Shown: positions 8,829 through 17,496 of the stretch, in pieces | How the letters are laid out: each line of letters begins with the position of its first letter | Numbering within the stretch: the first letter of the stretch is position 1 | DNA from: an uncultured Chloroflexia bacterium | GTDB lineage: Bacteria > Chloroflexota > Anaerolineae > Anaerolineales > Anaerolineaceae | Length of the DNA: 32,000 nucleotides | NCBI GenBank assembly: GCA_963704755.1 | Contig: OY969938.1 | Span: 3,960,001-3,992,000 of the forward strand | Reading direction: 5' to 3' | Notes under the pieces: model-generated | Seen by the model: only the letters and a program-made list of their open reading frames with translations | What the model was told of the DNA's origin: nothing | The model's database searches: none | Position numbers and translations under genes: made by a program

Positions 8829-10133
8829 ATGATAATTAATAGTTTGTTCTCTTCTTCCTTCCGGTTTGCAGCCCAGATGCTGCTGAATTTACAAAATACA
8901 GATCCTATTCCACTGCCAGGACCGACCAAGGGCCATAATTATATGCTCTACTCTCACATTCCTTTCTGTGAGAGTCTGTGCCCTTACTGTTCCTTCAACC
9001 GCTACGTTTTCGAGGAACCGGCCGGGCGATCTTACTTCGCCAGCCTGCGGGAAGAAATGCGCCTGGTGAAGCGACTGGGGTATGACTTTGAGTCGCTCTA
9101 TATTGGCGGCGGCACCCCCACCATCATGCTGGATGAGCTGTGCGAAACGATTGACCTGGCCCGCGACCTGTTTTCTATCCGCGAGGTCTCCTGCGAGACC
9201 AATCCCAATCACCTTGACCAGCACCTGGTCGATATCCTCGCCTCGCGCGTGCAGCGGCTTTCAGTGGGTGTGCAGAGTTTTGATGACGAGATGCTCAAAA
9301 AAATCAACCGCTACGACCGTTTTGGCTCGGGTATGGATACCCTGCGGCGGATCCAACAGGTCGCCGGCGGGTTCAACTCGCTGAATGTCGATTTGATCTT
9401 CAATTTCCCCGGCCAGAATAAAGAAACGATCCTGCGCGACATCCAACTGGTGATCGATTCCGGCGCCAACCAGGTGACCTTCTATCCATTGATGACCTCG
9501 CCATCGGTCAGCCGGTCGCTCAAAGAAAAGATCGGCACGGTGGAGTACAAACACGAAGAAGAGTACTACCAGTTGATTGTCTCCGAGATGATGCGCGAGT
9601 TCGAGCTTTCCACCGCCTGGACTTTTTCACGCAAGGGCGGCGGTTTGATCGACGAGTACATCGTCGAAAGTGAAGAATACGTAGGGACCGGCTCGGGCTC
9701 TTTTAGCTTTTTAAATGGCGGTCTGTACGTCAACACCTTTTCATTGGAAAGATATCGCCATTACATCGGCGAGCAGAAATCCCCAATCACCGGAAAACGG
9801 TTTTTTGGCAAGACAGACCAGATGCGCTACCGCTTGATGATGGAGCTTTTTGGCCTACGCCTGGACAAACAAGCCTGGAAGGCGCAATTCGGCCGCAGCG
9901 TTGAAATGTCCCTGCCGTTGGAGATGGCCTTTTTTCAAACCGTCGGGGCATTTTCGGAGAACAACGCTGATGAGCTGGTCCTTTCCCCGACCGGCCGGTA
10001 CCTGTTGATTGTCATGATGCGTGAATTTTTCGCCGGGATCAATCGCATCCGCGACCAGGCCCGCCAGGCCGTCTTCGAAGTGGGCACCGACACGGGTAAA
10101 AACCTGGCTTCATATTCTCAAGCCAAGCCGTGA
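8829..10133 (+). CDS. Radical SAM protein, HemN/HemW (coproporphyrinogen III oxidase-like, class C) family
   Basis: 434 aa with CxxxCxxC cluster motif PFCESLCPYCSFN, plus YIGGGTPT and RLSVGVQSFDD. The start is uncertain: ATGs at 8829, 8877 and 8943 all lack a clear SD. Confidence 0.8.
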   Translation: MIINSLFSSSFRFAAQMLLNLQNTDPIPLPGPTKGHNYMLYSHIPFCESLCPYCSFNRYVFEEPAGRSYFASLREEMRLVKRLGYDFESLYIGGGTPTIMLDELCETIDLARDLFSIREVSCETNPNHLDQHLVDILASRVQRLSVGVQSFDDEMLKKINRYDRFGSGMDTLRRIQQVAGGFNSLNVDLIFNFPGQNKETILRDIQLVIDSGANQVTFYPLMTSPSVSRSLKEKIGTVEYKHEEEYYQLIVSEMMREFELSTAWTFSRKGGGLIDEYIVESEEYVGTGSGSFSFLNGGLYVNTFSLERYRHYIGEQKSPITGKRFFGKTDQMRYRLMMELFGLRLDKQAWKAQFGRSVEMSLPLEMAFFQTVGAFSENNADELVLSPTGRYLLIVMMREFFAGINRIRDQARQAVFEVGTDTGKNLASYSQAKP

Positions 10134-10165
10134 TTCAGGTTACTTTTCATCCTGGTGGGCAAGAA

Positions 10166-10222
10166 ACATGAACATGAGGTGTATGCGGGGGCTTCGCCCC
10201 CGCATACACCTCATGTTCATGT
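10166..10222. terminator. Perfect 26 bp-stem palindrome between convergent genes (radical SAM and PAP2-like)
   Basis: ACATGAACATGAGGTGTATGCGGGGGC, loop TTC, then GCCCCCGCATACACCTCATGTTCATGT. Confidence 0.65.
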
Positions 10223-10259
10223 ACTTATAAAGGGATACCGAATAGGTCCTTAAAAAATA

Positions 10260-10895
10260 TCAATGGACCAGGCCCGTAAAAGGCATGAATCCGTAGGCGT
10301 ACAGGACGGTGGCAGTGATGAGCAGGCTGACGACTGCGCCAACCACTGTTTGCCAGGTGTTGTGGCCTTTGGCGCTAACCCGCGCCCAGGTGACCAGCGG
10401 CAAAAGCAGCAGCAGCGGTGTGGCCGGCAGACCAAACAGGTAGATCATCGAGGTAACCGGCCCGGCCACCCCAGCGGCATGCCCGCTGGCTTTGTAGTGC
10501 AGAAAGAGGTTGAAGACGATCAATCCCAGCGTGACCAGGGTGTATACCAGCGCCATGGATACGAAAATCTTGGGCGCGCCGGTCAGGATGAGCGCCAACA
10601 GCCCGGCCGGGTAGCTGAAGAACATGAACACGAAGCTGGCTACCCGCTGGCGGTGAGCGATCTTTTCGGCCTCATGCTCCTTGCCGGGGATGTAAAAGAA
10701 AAGGCTGCATAGCGGTATCAGGCTCAAAAAGAGCAGCGCCCACAAGTAACCTGCCAGGCGATGGGGCGTGCCGGCAGGCAGACGAAAGTACAGGTAAGTG
10801 ACTAAAAGCCCGGTCATGACCGGGACGTTAAGGATTTGGGAGAAAACTTCGCCGATGATACGGGTGGTCTTGTTTTGAAGTTCTGATGGTTGCAT
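10260..10895 (-). CDS. Multi-pass membrane protein, PAP2 (acid phosphatase/phospholipid phosphatase) superfamily-like
   Basis: 211 aa from the ATG at 10895, with AAGGAG 7 nt upstream. At least 6 hydrophobic helices. C2-like KASGHAAG and C3-like RVSAKGHNTWQ (Q where the canonical D sits). Confidence 0.55.
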   Translation of the reverse strand: MQPSELQNKTTRIIGEVFSQILNVPVMTGLLVTYLYFRLPAGTPHRLAGYLWALLFLSLIPLCSLFFYIPGKEHEAEKIAHRQRVASFVFMFFSYPAGLLALILTGAPKIFVSMALVYTLVTLGLIVFNLFLHYKASGHAAGVAGPVTSMIYLFGLPATPLLLLLPLVTWARVSAKGHNTWQTVVGAVVSLLITATVLYAYGFMPFTGLVH

Positions 10896-10902
10896 AGTGA
10901 AA

Positions 10903-10942
10903 CTCCTTTCCGTACAGGTAAATTCATCCTTACGGAAAGGAG
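10903..10942 (-). promoter_or_regulatory. SD-sequestering hairpin in front of the PAP2-like gene
   Basis: Minus strand reads CTCCTTTCCGTA-N16-TACGGAAAGGAG-tttcact-ATG. The 3' arm contains the AAGGAG Shine-Dalgarno. Confidence 0.5.
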
Positions 10943-11009
10943 TATAAACATTCTCTGTCAAATTCTTATGTACATTAAGTCATATTCGAAGTCCTATTGT
11001 GAAGCTATG

Positions 11010-12731
11010 TCACCAACCGAGGTAGTAGTTCTTATCCAGCCAATCTGGCCAGGTTAACTGAAAATGGTCCTGAAGCATGTGCTCGGCAGTGCAGAACGCG
11101 CCTTCCACCCAGCCCTGCTGATCGGAATAAGCCTCGCCACAGATATAGATTGTCTCATACGGGTTTGGACTGCGCATATAGACCATAACGTCTTTGATGG
11201 AGTATTCGGCTTTCCAGGCATGGTAGCCGCCCCCGAAAGGATCCTGGGTCCAATCTTTATACCAGGTCACGTATGGGTCTGGAATTTGCATGGTCGAACT
11301 GTGCAATTCTCGCACTTCGTTCATCACTTCATTGACCATCAACTGGGAAGCCTGAACGGTCCCCAATTTTTGGAGTTCCTCGATCAAGGCGAGGCTGGTT
11401 GCCCGGGGTACAAATTTTTGGGCATTTCCTGCAAGTACTTCCCAGAAGGGGATGGTGCGCATGTCATTGTAGCTGGCCAGAAATAATGAGTGGCTGTCGT
11501 TCGGGTCGGTGCCGAAGTAATAACATTGGCGCATGGGTAAATCGGTGATGGAATGCCCGGCCAGCGCACCGAAATCATCTTTCCACCAGGGGATTTCAAA
11601 TCCCATCAGAATTTTAAAAGACGGCTCGATGATGACCGAGGCCATGTTGGTTTGCGGACCCGGCAGGTTTGTCGGGTTGAAGAAGAAATTGCTTTGGTCT
11701 AGCAGTTCGAGCGAGCGGCGCGGCATGGCCAGGATGATAGATTTGGCGAAGACACTTTGGATGGTCTGGGTAGCCTGGTCTTGAAAGATCAGTTCGTAGC
11801 GGTAGCCCGGTTGGCTGGAATAACGGAAAGTCAACAGGCGCTGGCCGAGGTAAATGCCGGCTCCGGGTTTTTGATAGTAAGAATAAGCCAGCGCGTAGGC
11901 GATCAAATCGTAGCCGCCCACGATGGTCTTATATTCGGTAGCCGCGTTGGAGAAATCACCGACCATGTACGGGAAAGCCTCGGCCGCGTTCCAGTTGATG
12001 GTGTTGGAGTAATACCCGCCTGCATCCGCCAGGAATGCGTACCCTTCCTGAGAGGTGCGGTCCTTGAGTAAGTTCCAAAAACCCATGTCGTTGACTTTCA
12101 TGCCCTTGTACGGACCCTCGAATTGGTAGGTCAAAAATGGCTTGACCGCATCCCAATCCTGGGTGGTCAGCATGAACTGGTAATTGAACTTACCGTCCCA
12201 ACTGATCTTGCTGCCGTAATTCGCCATGAACCAGCTATCGGCGGCGAGGACGTCATACACGACCTTGTTGAACAACTGGTCGAAGTTTAACCCAACGTCA
12301 CCTGAATTGAGCTGGTAGTTGGTGACCAGGGTCTGGCCTTGCGATTGAGCCGTGGTCCAGGCGTTTTGGCGCAGGCGTTGTTTGCGGTAATAGGTCAAAA
12401 GGTCTGCCGGGTCGCCCATGGGAAAAACCACCGGCGTGACCAATTTGCTGAAAACCTTTTCGATCAGGGAGGTCACGATTTCTTGCGAGGTCATATAGCG
12501 CATCCCGCCCAACTCACCGGTAATGCTCATACCGGGGAGCCGGACCAATTCAAGGCGTCCGCCGAGCCGGTCACCCATCTCGAAAATCTGAACCTGGTTC
12601 GCCGGCATGCCCCCGTCGACCACCAGCCGATAGGCCGAATACAGACCGGAGACACCGGCGCCGACTATGGCGATTTCCATCGCCAGGTTGTTTTGCAGCT
12701 TGCTTTTTACGGGCAAGTCTCTAATATTCAT
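11010..12731 (-). CDS. Flavin-containing amine oxidase / L-amino-acid oxidase-like FAD protein
   Basis: 573 aa with dinucleotide-binding IAIVGAGVSGLYSAY, plus GDRLGGR, GELGGMRYM, GGGYHAWK and ICGEAYSDQQGWVEGA. GGAG RBS. Confidence 0.8.
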   Translation of the reverse strand: MNIRDLPVKSKLQNNLAMEIAIVGAGVSGLYSAYRLVVDGGMPANQVQIFEMGDRLGGRLELVRLPGMSITGELGGMRYMTSQEIVTSLIEKVFSKLVTPVVFPMGDPADLLTYYRKQRLRQNAWTTAQSQGQTLVTNYQLNSGDVGLNFDQLFNKVVYDVLAADSWFMANYGSKISWDGKFNYQFMLTTQDWDAVKPFLTYQFEGPYKGMKVNDMGFWNLLKDRTSQEGYAFLADAGGYYSNTINWNAAEAFPYMVGDFSNAATEYKTIVGGYDLIAYALAYSYYQKPGAGIYLGQRLLTFRYSSQPGYRYELIFQDQATQTIQSVFAKSIILAMPRRSLELLDQSNFFFNPTNLPGPQTNMASVIIEPSFKILMGFEIPWWKDDFGALAGHSITDLPMRQCYYFGTDPNDSHSLFLASYNDMRTIPFWEVLAGNAQKFVPRATSLALIEELQKLGTVQASQLMVNEVMNEVRELHSSTMQIPDPYVTWYKDWTQDPFGGGYHAWKAEYSIKDVMVYMRSPNPYETIYICGEAYSDQQGWVEGAFCTAEHMLQDHFQLTWPDWLDKNYYLGW

Positions 12732-12822
12732 TGGTTAATCTCCATTTCAACAAGCCCCCATAATTTGGAAGGCAGGCCGGATAAAACAACTTTCTCAAGT
12801 AGCTTTCTTCCGGTGAAAGGAT

Positions 12823-14028
12823 TCATTTCAACACCCCTGGACGGGTAATTTTGAATTCGGAAATATCGTAAGGCGTGGCGCCTTCCAGTATCAGTTGGTA
12901 AAGGATAATTCCGATCAACGGGACCAGCTTCATTCCCCAGCCGGCGGTGAATAAGGCCACATTTTGATAACCTGGACCTACTGAAGGCGGCAAGAAATCC
13001 AGGACGTACATATTGTCGCTAACTTCGGTTTGTAAGCAGGTTCCGCAGAAATTAGGCCGGCTATCAACTCCTGTGATATGTCCATGCACAAAATCTGCGG
13101 TAATTTGCAGATCGTTCGCGGCCGGGTCGATTTTCCGCAGGGATGGGTCGGAAATAATATTGACCGCGTTATCTACCGCGATCCGCGCCAGGTTAGGAGG
13201 CCCCCAGGGTACGGTGGGAAAGCCGTAAAACAGGTTGGATTTGGCCGGGTCGCCGCCGGTCGGCCCCAGGAATTGGAACCACATACTGGGGAAGAGTGTC
13301 CCGCGTGGACCCGGATCGGTGGCGTAATATTCGTACACCATTTCCCAGATATGAAGGTCCATTTGCACCCCCACACTTTGGAGTACCTGGTTAGCGTAGG
13401 CGCCACAGGTGATAATGCATTTCCCGGCCGTGCGCGTCACAATCTCACCGTTATCGAAAGTGACGGTGACTCCGCCTTCACTGACCTGGATTCCCAGGGC
13501 CTGGCAATGGGCCAGCAGCTCGGCCCCATAACTTTGGGCCAGGCGGTACAAAGATCGTAAAAGCAAAGGTACATTAATGCAGCCATTATCTGGCGCAAAG
13601 ATCCCTTTAAAATTATCGGGTAGTCCGGTTAAAGGATACTGCTGCATAATTTCCTGGACGTTGAGGATCTTGTATGGCAGCCCCAGGCGCTCCATATTTT
13701 TGATCGGGCCCAGCAGGTTCCCCTCTGGGCCGGTTTTGAAATCCGGATCGCCAAAATTCAACAACCCGGACATCCAGATCAGCAACTCACCCGCGTCCGT
13801 TTCCAGGTCCTTCCAGGCTTTTAACAATTCGAAGGCCAGGTTGGCCATAAAATCTTCGGTGTACATGGTACGAAACATTCGCACCAGGTCGTTCGAGCTC
13901 CCGGATTGATTGAAAAAATTGAACCGCTCGAGCAGCAATACCGTTTTCCCCGCTTTTGCACATTGGTATGCTGCAGCAAGCCCCATTGGCCCGCCGCCGA
14001 TGACGATCACATCGTAATCGTTAGCCAT
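12823..14028 (-). CDS. FAD-dependent oxidoreductase, monomeric sarcosine oxidase / N-methyltryptophan oxidase (DAO) family-like
   Basis: 401 aa from the ATG at 14028, with AGGAGG 4 nt upstream. YDVIVIGGGPMGLAAAY, and a C-terminal FTAGWGMKLVP region resembling the GHGFKF motif. Confidence 0.75.
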   Translation of the reverse strand: MANDYDVIVIGGGPMGLAAAYQCAKAGKTVLLLERFNFFNQSGSSNDLVRMFRTMYTEDFMANLAFELLKAWKDLETDAGELLIWMSGLLNFGDPDFKTGPEGNLLGPIKNMERLGLPYKILNVQEIMQQYPLTGLPDNFKGIFAPDNGCINVPLLLRSLYRLAQSYGAELLAHCQALGIQVSEGGVTVTFDNGEIVTRTAGKCIITCGAYANQVLQSVGVQMDLHIWEMVYEYYATDPGPRGTLFPSMWFQFLGPTGGDPAKSNLFYGFPTVPWGPPNLARIAVDNAVNIISDPSLRKIDPAANDLQITADFVHGHITGVDSRPNFCGTCLQTEVSDNMYVLDFLPPSVGPGYQNVALFTAGWGMKLVPLIGIILYQLILEGATPYDISEFKITRPGVLK

Positions 14029-14193
14029 TATTCCTCCTGTCAACCGTTTTCTATACTAAAACGTGACCGAGCGGATTCCAATGTGCTGCATTTAGCCCTG
14101 GTTTAGAGGTTGTTATCGGTTTTGGTTGGCAAAAAGCAAATAATTTAGCGGTGCGATTTCCGCCCTAATTTTTGATGCTATTTATTAAATTAT

Positions 14194-14207
14194 ACAATAA
14201 TTATTGT
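14194..14207. promoter_or_regulatory. Perfect 14 bp palindrome ACAATAATTATTGT overlapping promoter-like TTGACA/TATAAT boxes (candidate operator)
   Basis: The minus strand reads TATATTGACAATAATTATTGTATAATTTAATAA, about 170 nt upstream of the oxidase operon ATG. Confidence 0.4.
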
Positions 14208-14273
14208 CAATATAGTCGGTATTCTAATGCTGTGCTAATACAGGCGTTCGGATTTGGCCTGCTTCGGGATACG

Positions 14274-14915
14274 TTACTCCCGGTCAACCTGTGTATCTGC
14301 AGGGGTGGTTATCTTGCTGCTTGAGCGAAATTCCCGGCGGGTTTGGCGGCCCAATAAGGCTACATAACTTAGAAACAAGGCAACCGTTACCCATTCCAGG
14401 AAGGTCGTTTGGTTAAAAACGCCCGAACTGATGTCCGCCAGGGCGGTGACCAGGCCAAAAGCCAGCAGCCAGCGGGGGAAGTGCGGGTGGTAGCGCAACG
14501 CAGCGACCGAAAAGACAAAGGCAGTGCCCAAGAGCATATACAATGAAATGGAGAGAAACTGGTGTGAGGCGGGTATATTAATCGGGAAAAGCGCGCTGAA
14601 TGCCATCGCCACGGCTCCCAGGAAGCCAAAAGACTGGGTCAACAGCAGCATCCTGTTTTGAACCTTGCTGCCGGCCAATTTCCAACGGGACAGGCCCACA
14701 AAGAAGACCAGGATCAGCAGGGCAGTGGCGAAAATGCCGATATTGTAGAAAATCGCCCCGGACGGGTTCAAATCATAGCTGCCCAGGTCGCTGAGCCAGT
14801 TGCGCAGCGGCGAAAAGGTTCCCGGAAAATTTGCCAGGGCTATCAGGGCAAACATCAGGTAGCCAATAACGCCGGTAACGGCGCTGAAAAAGCAGAGGGT
14901 TGAGGGTTTATTCAT
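14274..14915 (-). CDS. Membrane protein, DUF998-like
   Basis: 213 aa with about 6 TM helices. N-terminal motif FSPLRNWLSDLG..AIFYNIGIF resembles DUF998. Confidence 0.5.
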   Translation of the reverse strand: MNKPSTLCFFSAVTGVIGYLMFALIALANFPGTFSPLRNWLSDLGSYDLNPSGAIFYNIGIFATALLILVFFVGLSRWKLAGSKVQNRMLLLTQSFGFLGAVAMAFSALFPINIPASHQFLSISLYMLLGTAFVFSVAALRYHPHFPRWLLAFGLVTALADISSGVFNQTTFLEWVTVALFLSYVALLGRQTRREFRSSSKITTPADTQVDRE

Positions 14916-15138
14916 GTTTCCCCCATAGATTGCTTGTGAAGAGAATAGCCAAAATCCATTCGCGGTTGGGACCAGGTTTTCATTTGCTAACCTTGCGGAT
15001 CAACGTAGATGAATTCTGTCGTGTTCGATGCAAAAAATGTTTTGTCTGCGGCAACGTTAATATAACGAAAAAGGATCAACAAGTGTTCGTCGACCAGGAA
15101 AGGAGTTGCTAGATGGGGAACTACTTTATAATTTCTGT

Positions 15139-15900
15139 ATGACCCTTGATCTTTACCCCCGTATCACGCCCGGCGCAACGGTGGAACCTCTGCCGGAGGA
15201 CGGCTGGCGCCTGTCGATCCCGGCCGGGCCGGGGGGCGTTTACCGTTGGGCGCAGTTGGATGATTATATGCAGCGTTCCCGCCGGGATTTCCTCTGGCAA
15301 GCGCCACTGACGCTGGATCTGGAGGCGCGAGTCAGCGCGGAAGGACTGCCGGGCACCTGGGGGTTTGGCTTATGGAACGACCCGTTCAGCGCTTCGTTGG
15401 GTATTGGGGGGACTTCGCGGCGGCTGCCGCTGCTGCCAAATACGGCCTGGTTTTTCTACGGCTCGCCGCGCAATTCGCTTTCATTTCGCGATGATGTGCC
15501 GGCCAATGGATTGCTGGCGGCGACCTTCCGCTCGCCGCTGCTGCCGCTGGTGGCGTTGGCCCCGGCGCTGATCGGCCTGCCGTTAGCCCTGCTGCCGTTC
15601 ACGGCACGGCTGCTGCGCCGCCTGGCCGGCCGGGTCATCCGCGGCGACGCGGCCGGCCTGGAAGCTAATCCAACAACCTGGCACCGCTATCGCCTGGAAT
15701 GGAGCTGCGAACAGGCCCGCTTCAGCCTGGACGGGCGGGTTTGCCTGGAGACCCCGTTCAGCCCGCGCGGCCGGCTGGGGCTGGTGCTGTGGATCGATAA
15801 CCAGTACGCCGCCTTTCCCTCCAACGGGCGGATCGCTTTTGGCACCGAGGTCAGCCCGGCGCCGGCCTGGTTGGAAGTACGGGGAGTGAGAATCAATTAA
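15139..15900 (+). CDS. Hypothetical protein, possible concanavalin-A-like/GH16-like beta-jelly-roll
   Basis: 253 aa from the ATG at 15139 (an alternative TTG lies at 15106). WGFGLWNDPF and WHRYRLEW motifs, with a hydrophobic insert LLPLVALAPALIGLPLALLPF. Confidence 0.5.
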   Translation: MTLDLYPRITPGATVEPLPEDGWRLSIPAGPGGVYRWAQLDDYMQRSRRDFLWQAPLTLDLEARVSAEGLPGTWGFGLWNDPFSASLGIGGTSRRLPLLPNTAWFFYGSPRNSLSFRDDVPANGLLAATFRSPLLPLVALAPALIGLPLALLPFTARLLRRLAGRVIRGDAAGLEANPTTWHRYRLEWSCEQARFSLDGRVCLETPFSPRGRLGLVLWIDNQYAAFPSNGRIAFGTEVSPAPAWLEVRGVRIN

Positions 15901-16030
15901 TGAAGATATTTCTCGAAGAAATTAAGCAGTGAAACGTGGCCTCGACCGAGGATTGCGAGGAGCCCGGCGATTGCTTTTTACCATTATTTTTCTTCGTGAA
16001 CCCTGTGCCTCCATGGTTTTTTTCTCCGCA

Positions 16031-16127
16031 ACCCACCGTCATATCCGGATGGTGGGTTACGGGCAAGGTTTCGTAGGTCTTGCCGGTGTTTAGGTCGCCG
16101 GCGTTCTAAATGCGCCCTGCACCCACC
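16031..16127. mobile_element. Truncated copy of the 23998-24176 MITE-like element
   Basis: Shares the internal hairpin ACCCACC(G/A)TC(A/G)TATCCGGATGGTGGGTTACGGGCAA and the right-end core GCCCTGCACCCACC. The left end is missing. Confidence 0.55.
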
Positions 16128-16308
16128 ATTTCTTAAGAAATCTCCGCGTCCTCTGCGCCTCAGCGGTGATATCCTCTCTTAAAAGCTTTCAGCGCACGAT
16201 TTCTCGTACGCTGAAAAGCACACCCAATTTCCCAAAACCCTTTACTTGGAGGCAGCAGTTGGATCACGAGCGCGTCCAGGCGGACGTGCCCATAATCCAA
16301 CCGTTGGC

Positions 16309-17301
16309 TCAATGGATAAATAATTGCAAGACTAAACCTAACAAGAGCAAGGCTCCGTAGCTGCGGTTTTGATAGAAAGCTGCCGCCACGAAGTACAGCG
16401 GCCAGGCCTCGGCCTGAGCCGGGTCGGACGGCTTTTCGGTGGGGCGCGGCTTGAAGAATACCGGCAGCACTTTGGCCAGGTAATACCAGGCGGCCACGAC
16501 GATCAGCATGATCGGCGAGAAATACCCGGCGATGACCAGCCCGATCACGGCCACATACTGCAAAGCGATCAGCGCGACCACCATGTATCGGGCAGCCGTC
16601 TCGCCCATCAGGACCGGCAGGGTATGGATACCCTTGGCCTTGTCCTCTTTGAGCTTGTCGATATGCTTGCCGAAGATCACCGTGGTTGGCCCGATGGCGT
16701 AGGCCAGCGAGGCAATGGTCACATACCAGTCCCAATGCCCGGTGACCACGAAATAGCCGCCGCCGATCATCAAGGGACCCCAGACGATCAATACGGCCAG
16801 TTCACCCAGACCGATATATTTGAACGGCCAGGTGTAGAATAGGACGAACACAGCCCCGGCCAGCAGCAGCCCCAGGGCCAGCCAGCCATTGACCGCGACC
16901 AGGTAAGCCCCGGCGGCCAGGGCGATCAGCCCGGTGACGGCGGCGTACTGCATGTGTGTCCGGCGGGTCCACAAGCCCTGTTCGAGCGGCTGCGGACCGT
17001 ACTGAGTACGGAAATAATTATTCTCATCCACCCCGCGGGAAAAATCCGTCAGATCGTTCATCAAGTTGTTGGTGGCATGGGCAAAAATCAATCCAATCAC
17101 CAGCATGACCCAATTGAGTACGTTGAACTCACCGGCGCGGGCGGCCAGCAAGCCGGCAATGGCTGCCGAGAAAAAGGTCATGATCAAAACCGCGGCGCGG
17201 GTCGAGATCAACCACTTGGAAATGACGTCCAGGCCATTCCACTCGTCCCGGTCGATGCGCGGGATCACCTGTAATGCTTTAACCCACATGCGAACATTCA
17301 T
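16309..17301 (-). CDS. UbiA-family prenyltransferase, MenA (1,4-dihydroxy-2-naphthoate polyprenyltransferase)-like
   Basis: 330 aa with about 8-9 TM helices and an Asp-rich motif NNLMNDLTDFSRGVD. Confidence 0.8.
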   Translation of the reverse strand: MNVRMWVKALQVIPRIDRDEWNGLDVISKWLISTRAAVLIMTFFSAAIAGLLAARAGEFNVLNWVMLVIGLIFAHATNNLMNDLTDFSRGVDENNYFRTQYGPQPLEQGLWTRRTHMQYAAVTGLIALAAGAYLVAVNGWLALGLLLAGAVFVLFYTWPFKYIGLGELAVLIVWGPLMIGGGYFVVTGHWDWYVTIASLAYAIGPTTVIFGKHIDKLKEDKAKGIHTLPVLMGETAARYMVVALIALQYVAVIGLVIAGYFSPIMLIVVAAWYYLAKVLPVFFKPRPTEKPSDPAQAEAWPLYFVAAAFYQNRSYGALLLLGLVLQLFIH

Positions 17302-17400
17302 GCCGAAACCATCCTGTATAAATTATCAAGACAATTCTAACACTATTTACCCGAATTGTAACAATGAGGCGCGCCTGTCAATAATTTCTAACGAAAATTT

Positions 17401-17496
17401 AATAGAGAACAGAGAATAGAGAATAGTTGAAAACAAACGGCTAACCGAAGACCTGACTGGTCTTTCTTCACTAATTTCTAATCTCTATTTTCTATC
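17401..17496. repeat. Inverted pair of AGAGAATAG modules flanking a 45 bp spacer
   Basis: AATAGAGAACAGAGAATAGAGAATAG against TAATTTCTAATCTCTATTTTCTATC. The right module supplies the last codons (..IENRD) and the stop of the DUF429-like ORF. Confidence 0.7.

Noticed and set aside
16160-16735. A 191 aa minus-strand ORF overlapping the prenyltransferase gene in another frame.
   Set aside because: It is a shadow ORF inside the UbiA-family CDS, Arg/Gly-rich and without motifs. The same reasoning applies to 17539-18300, 18733-19896, 21880-22710, 27305-27976 and 30194-31366.
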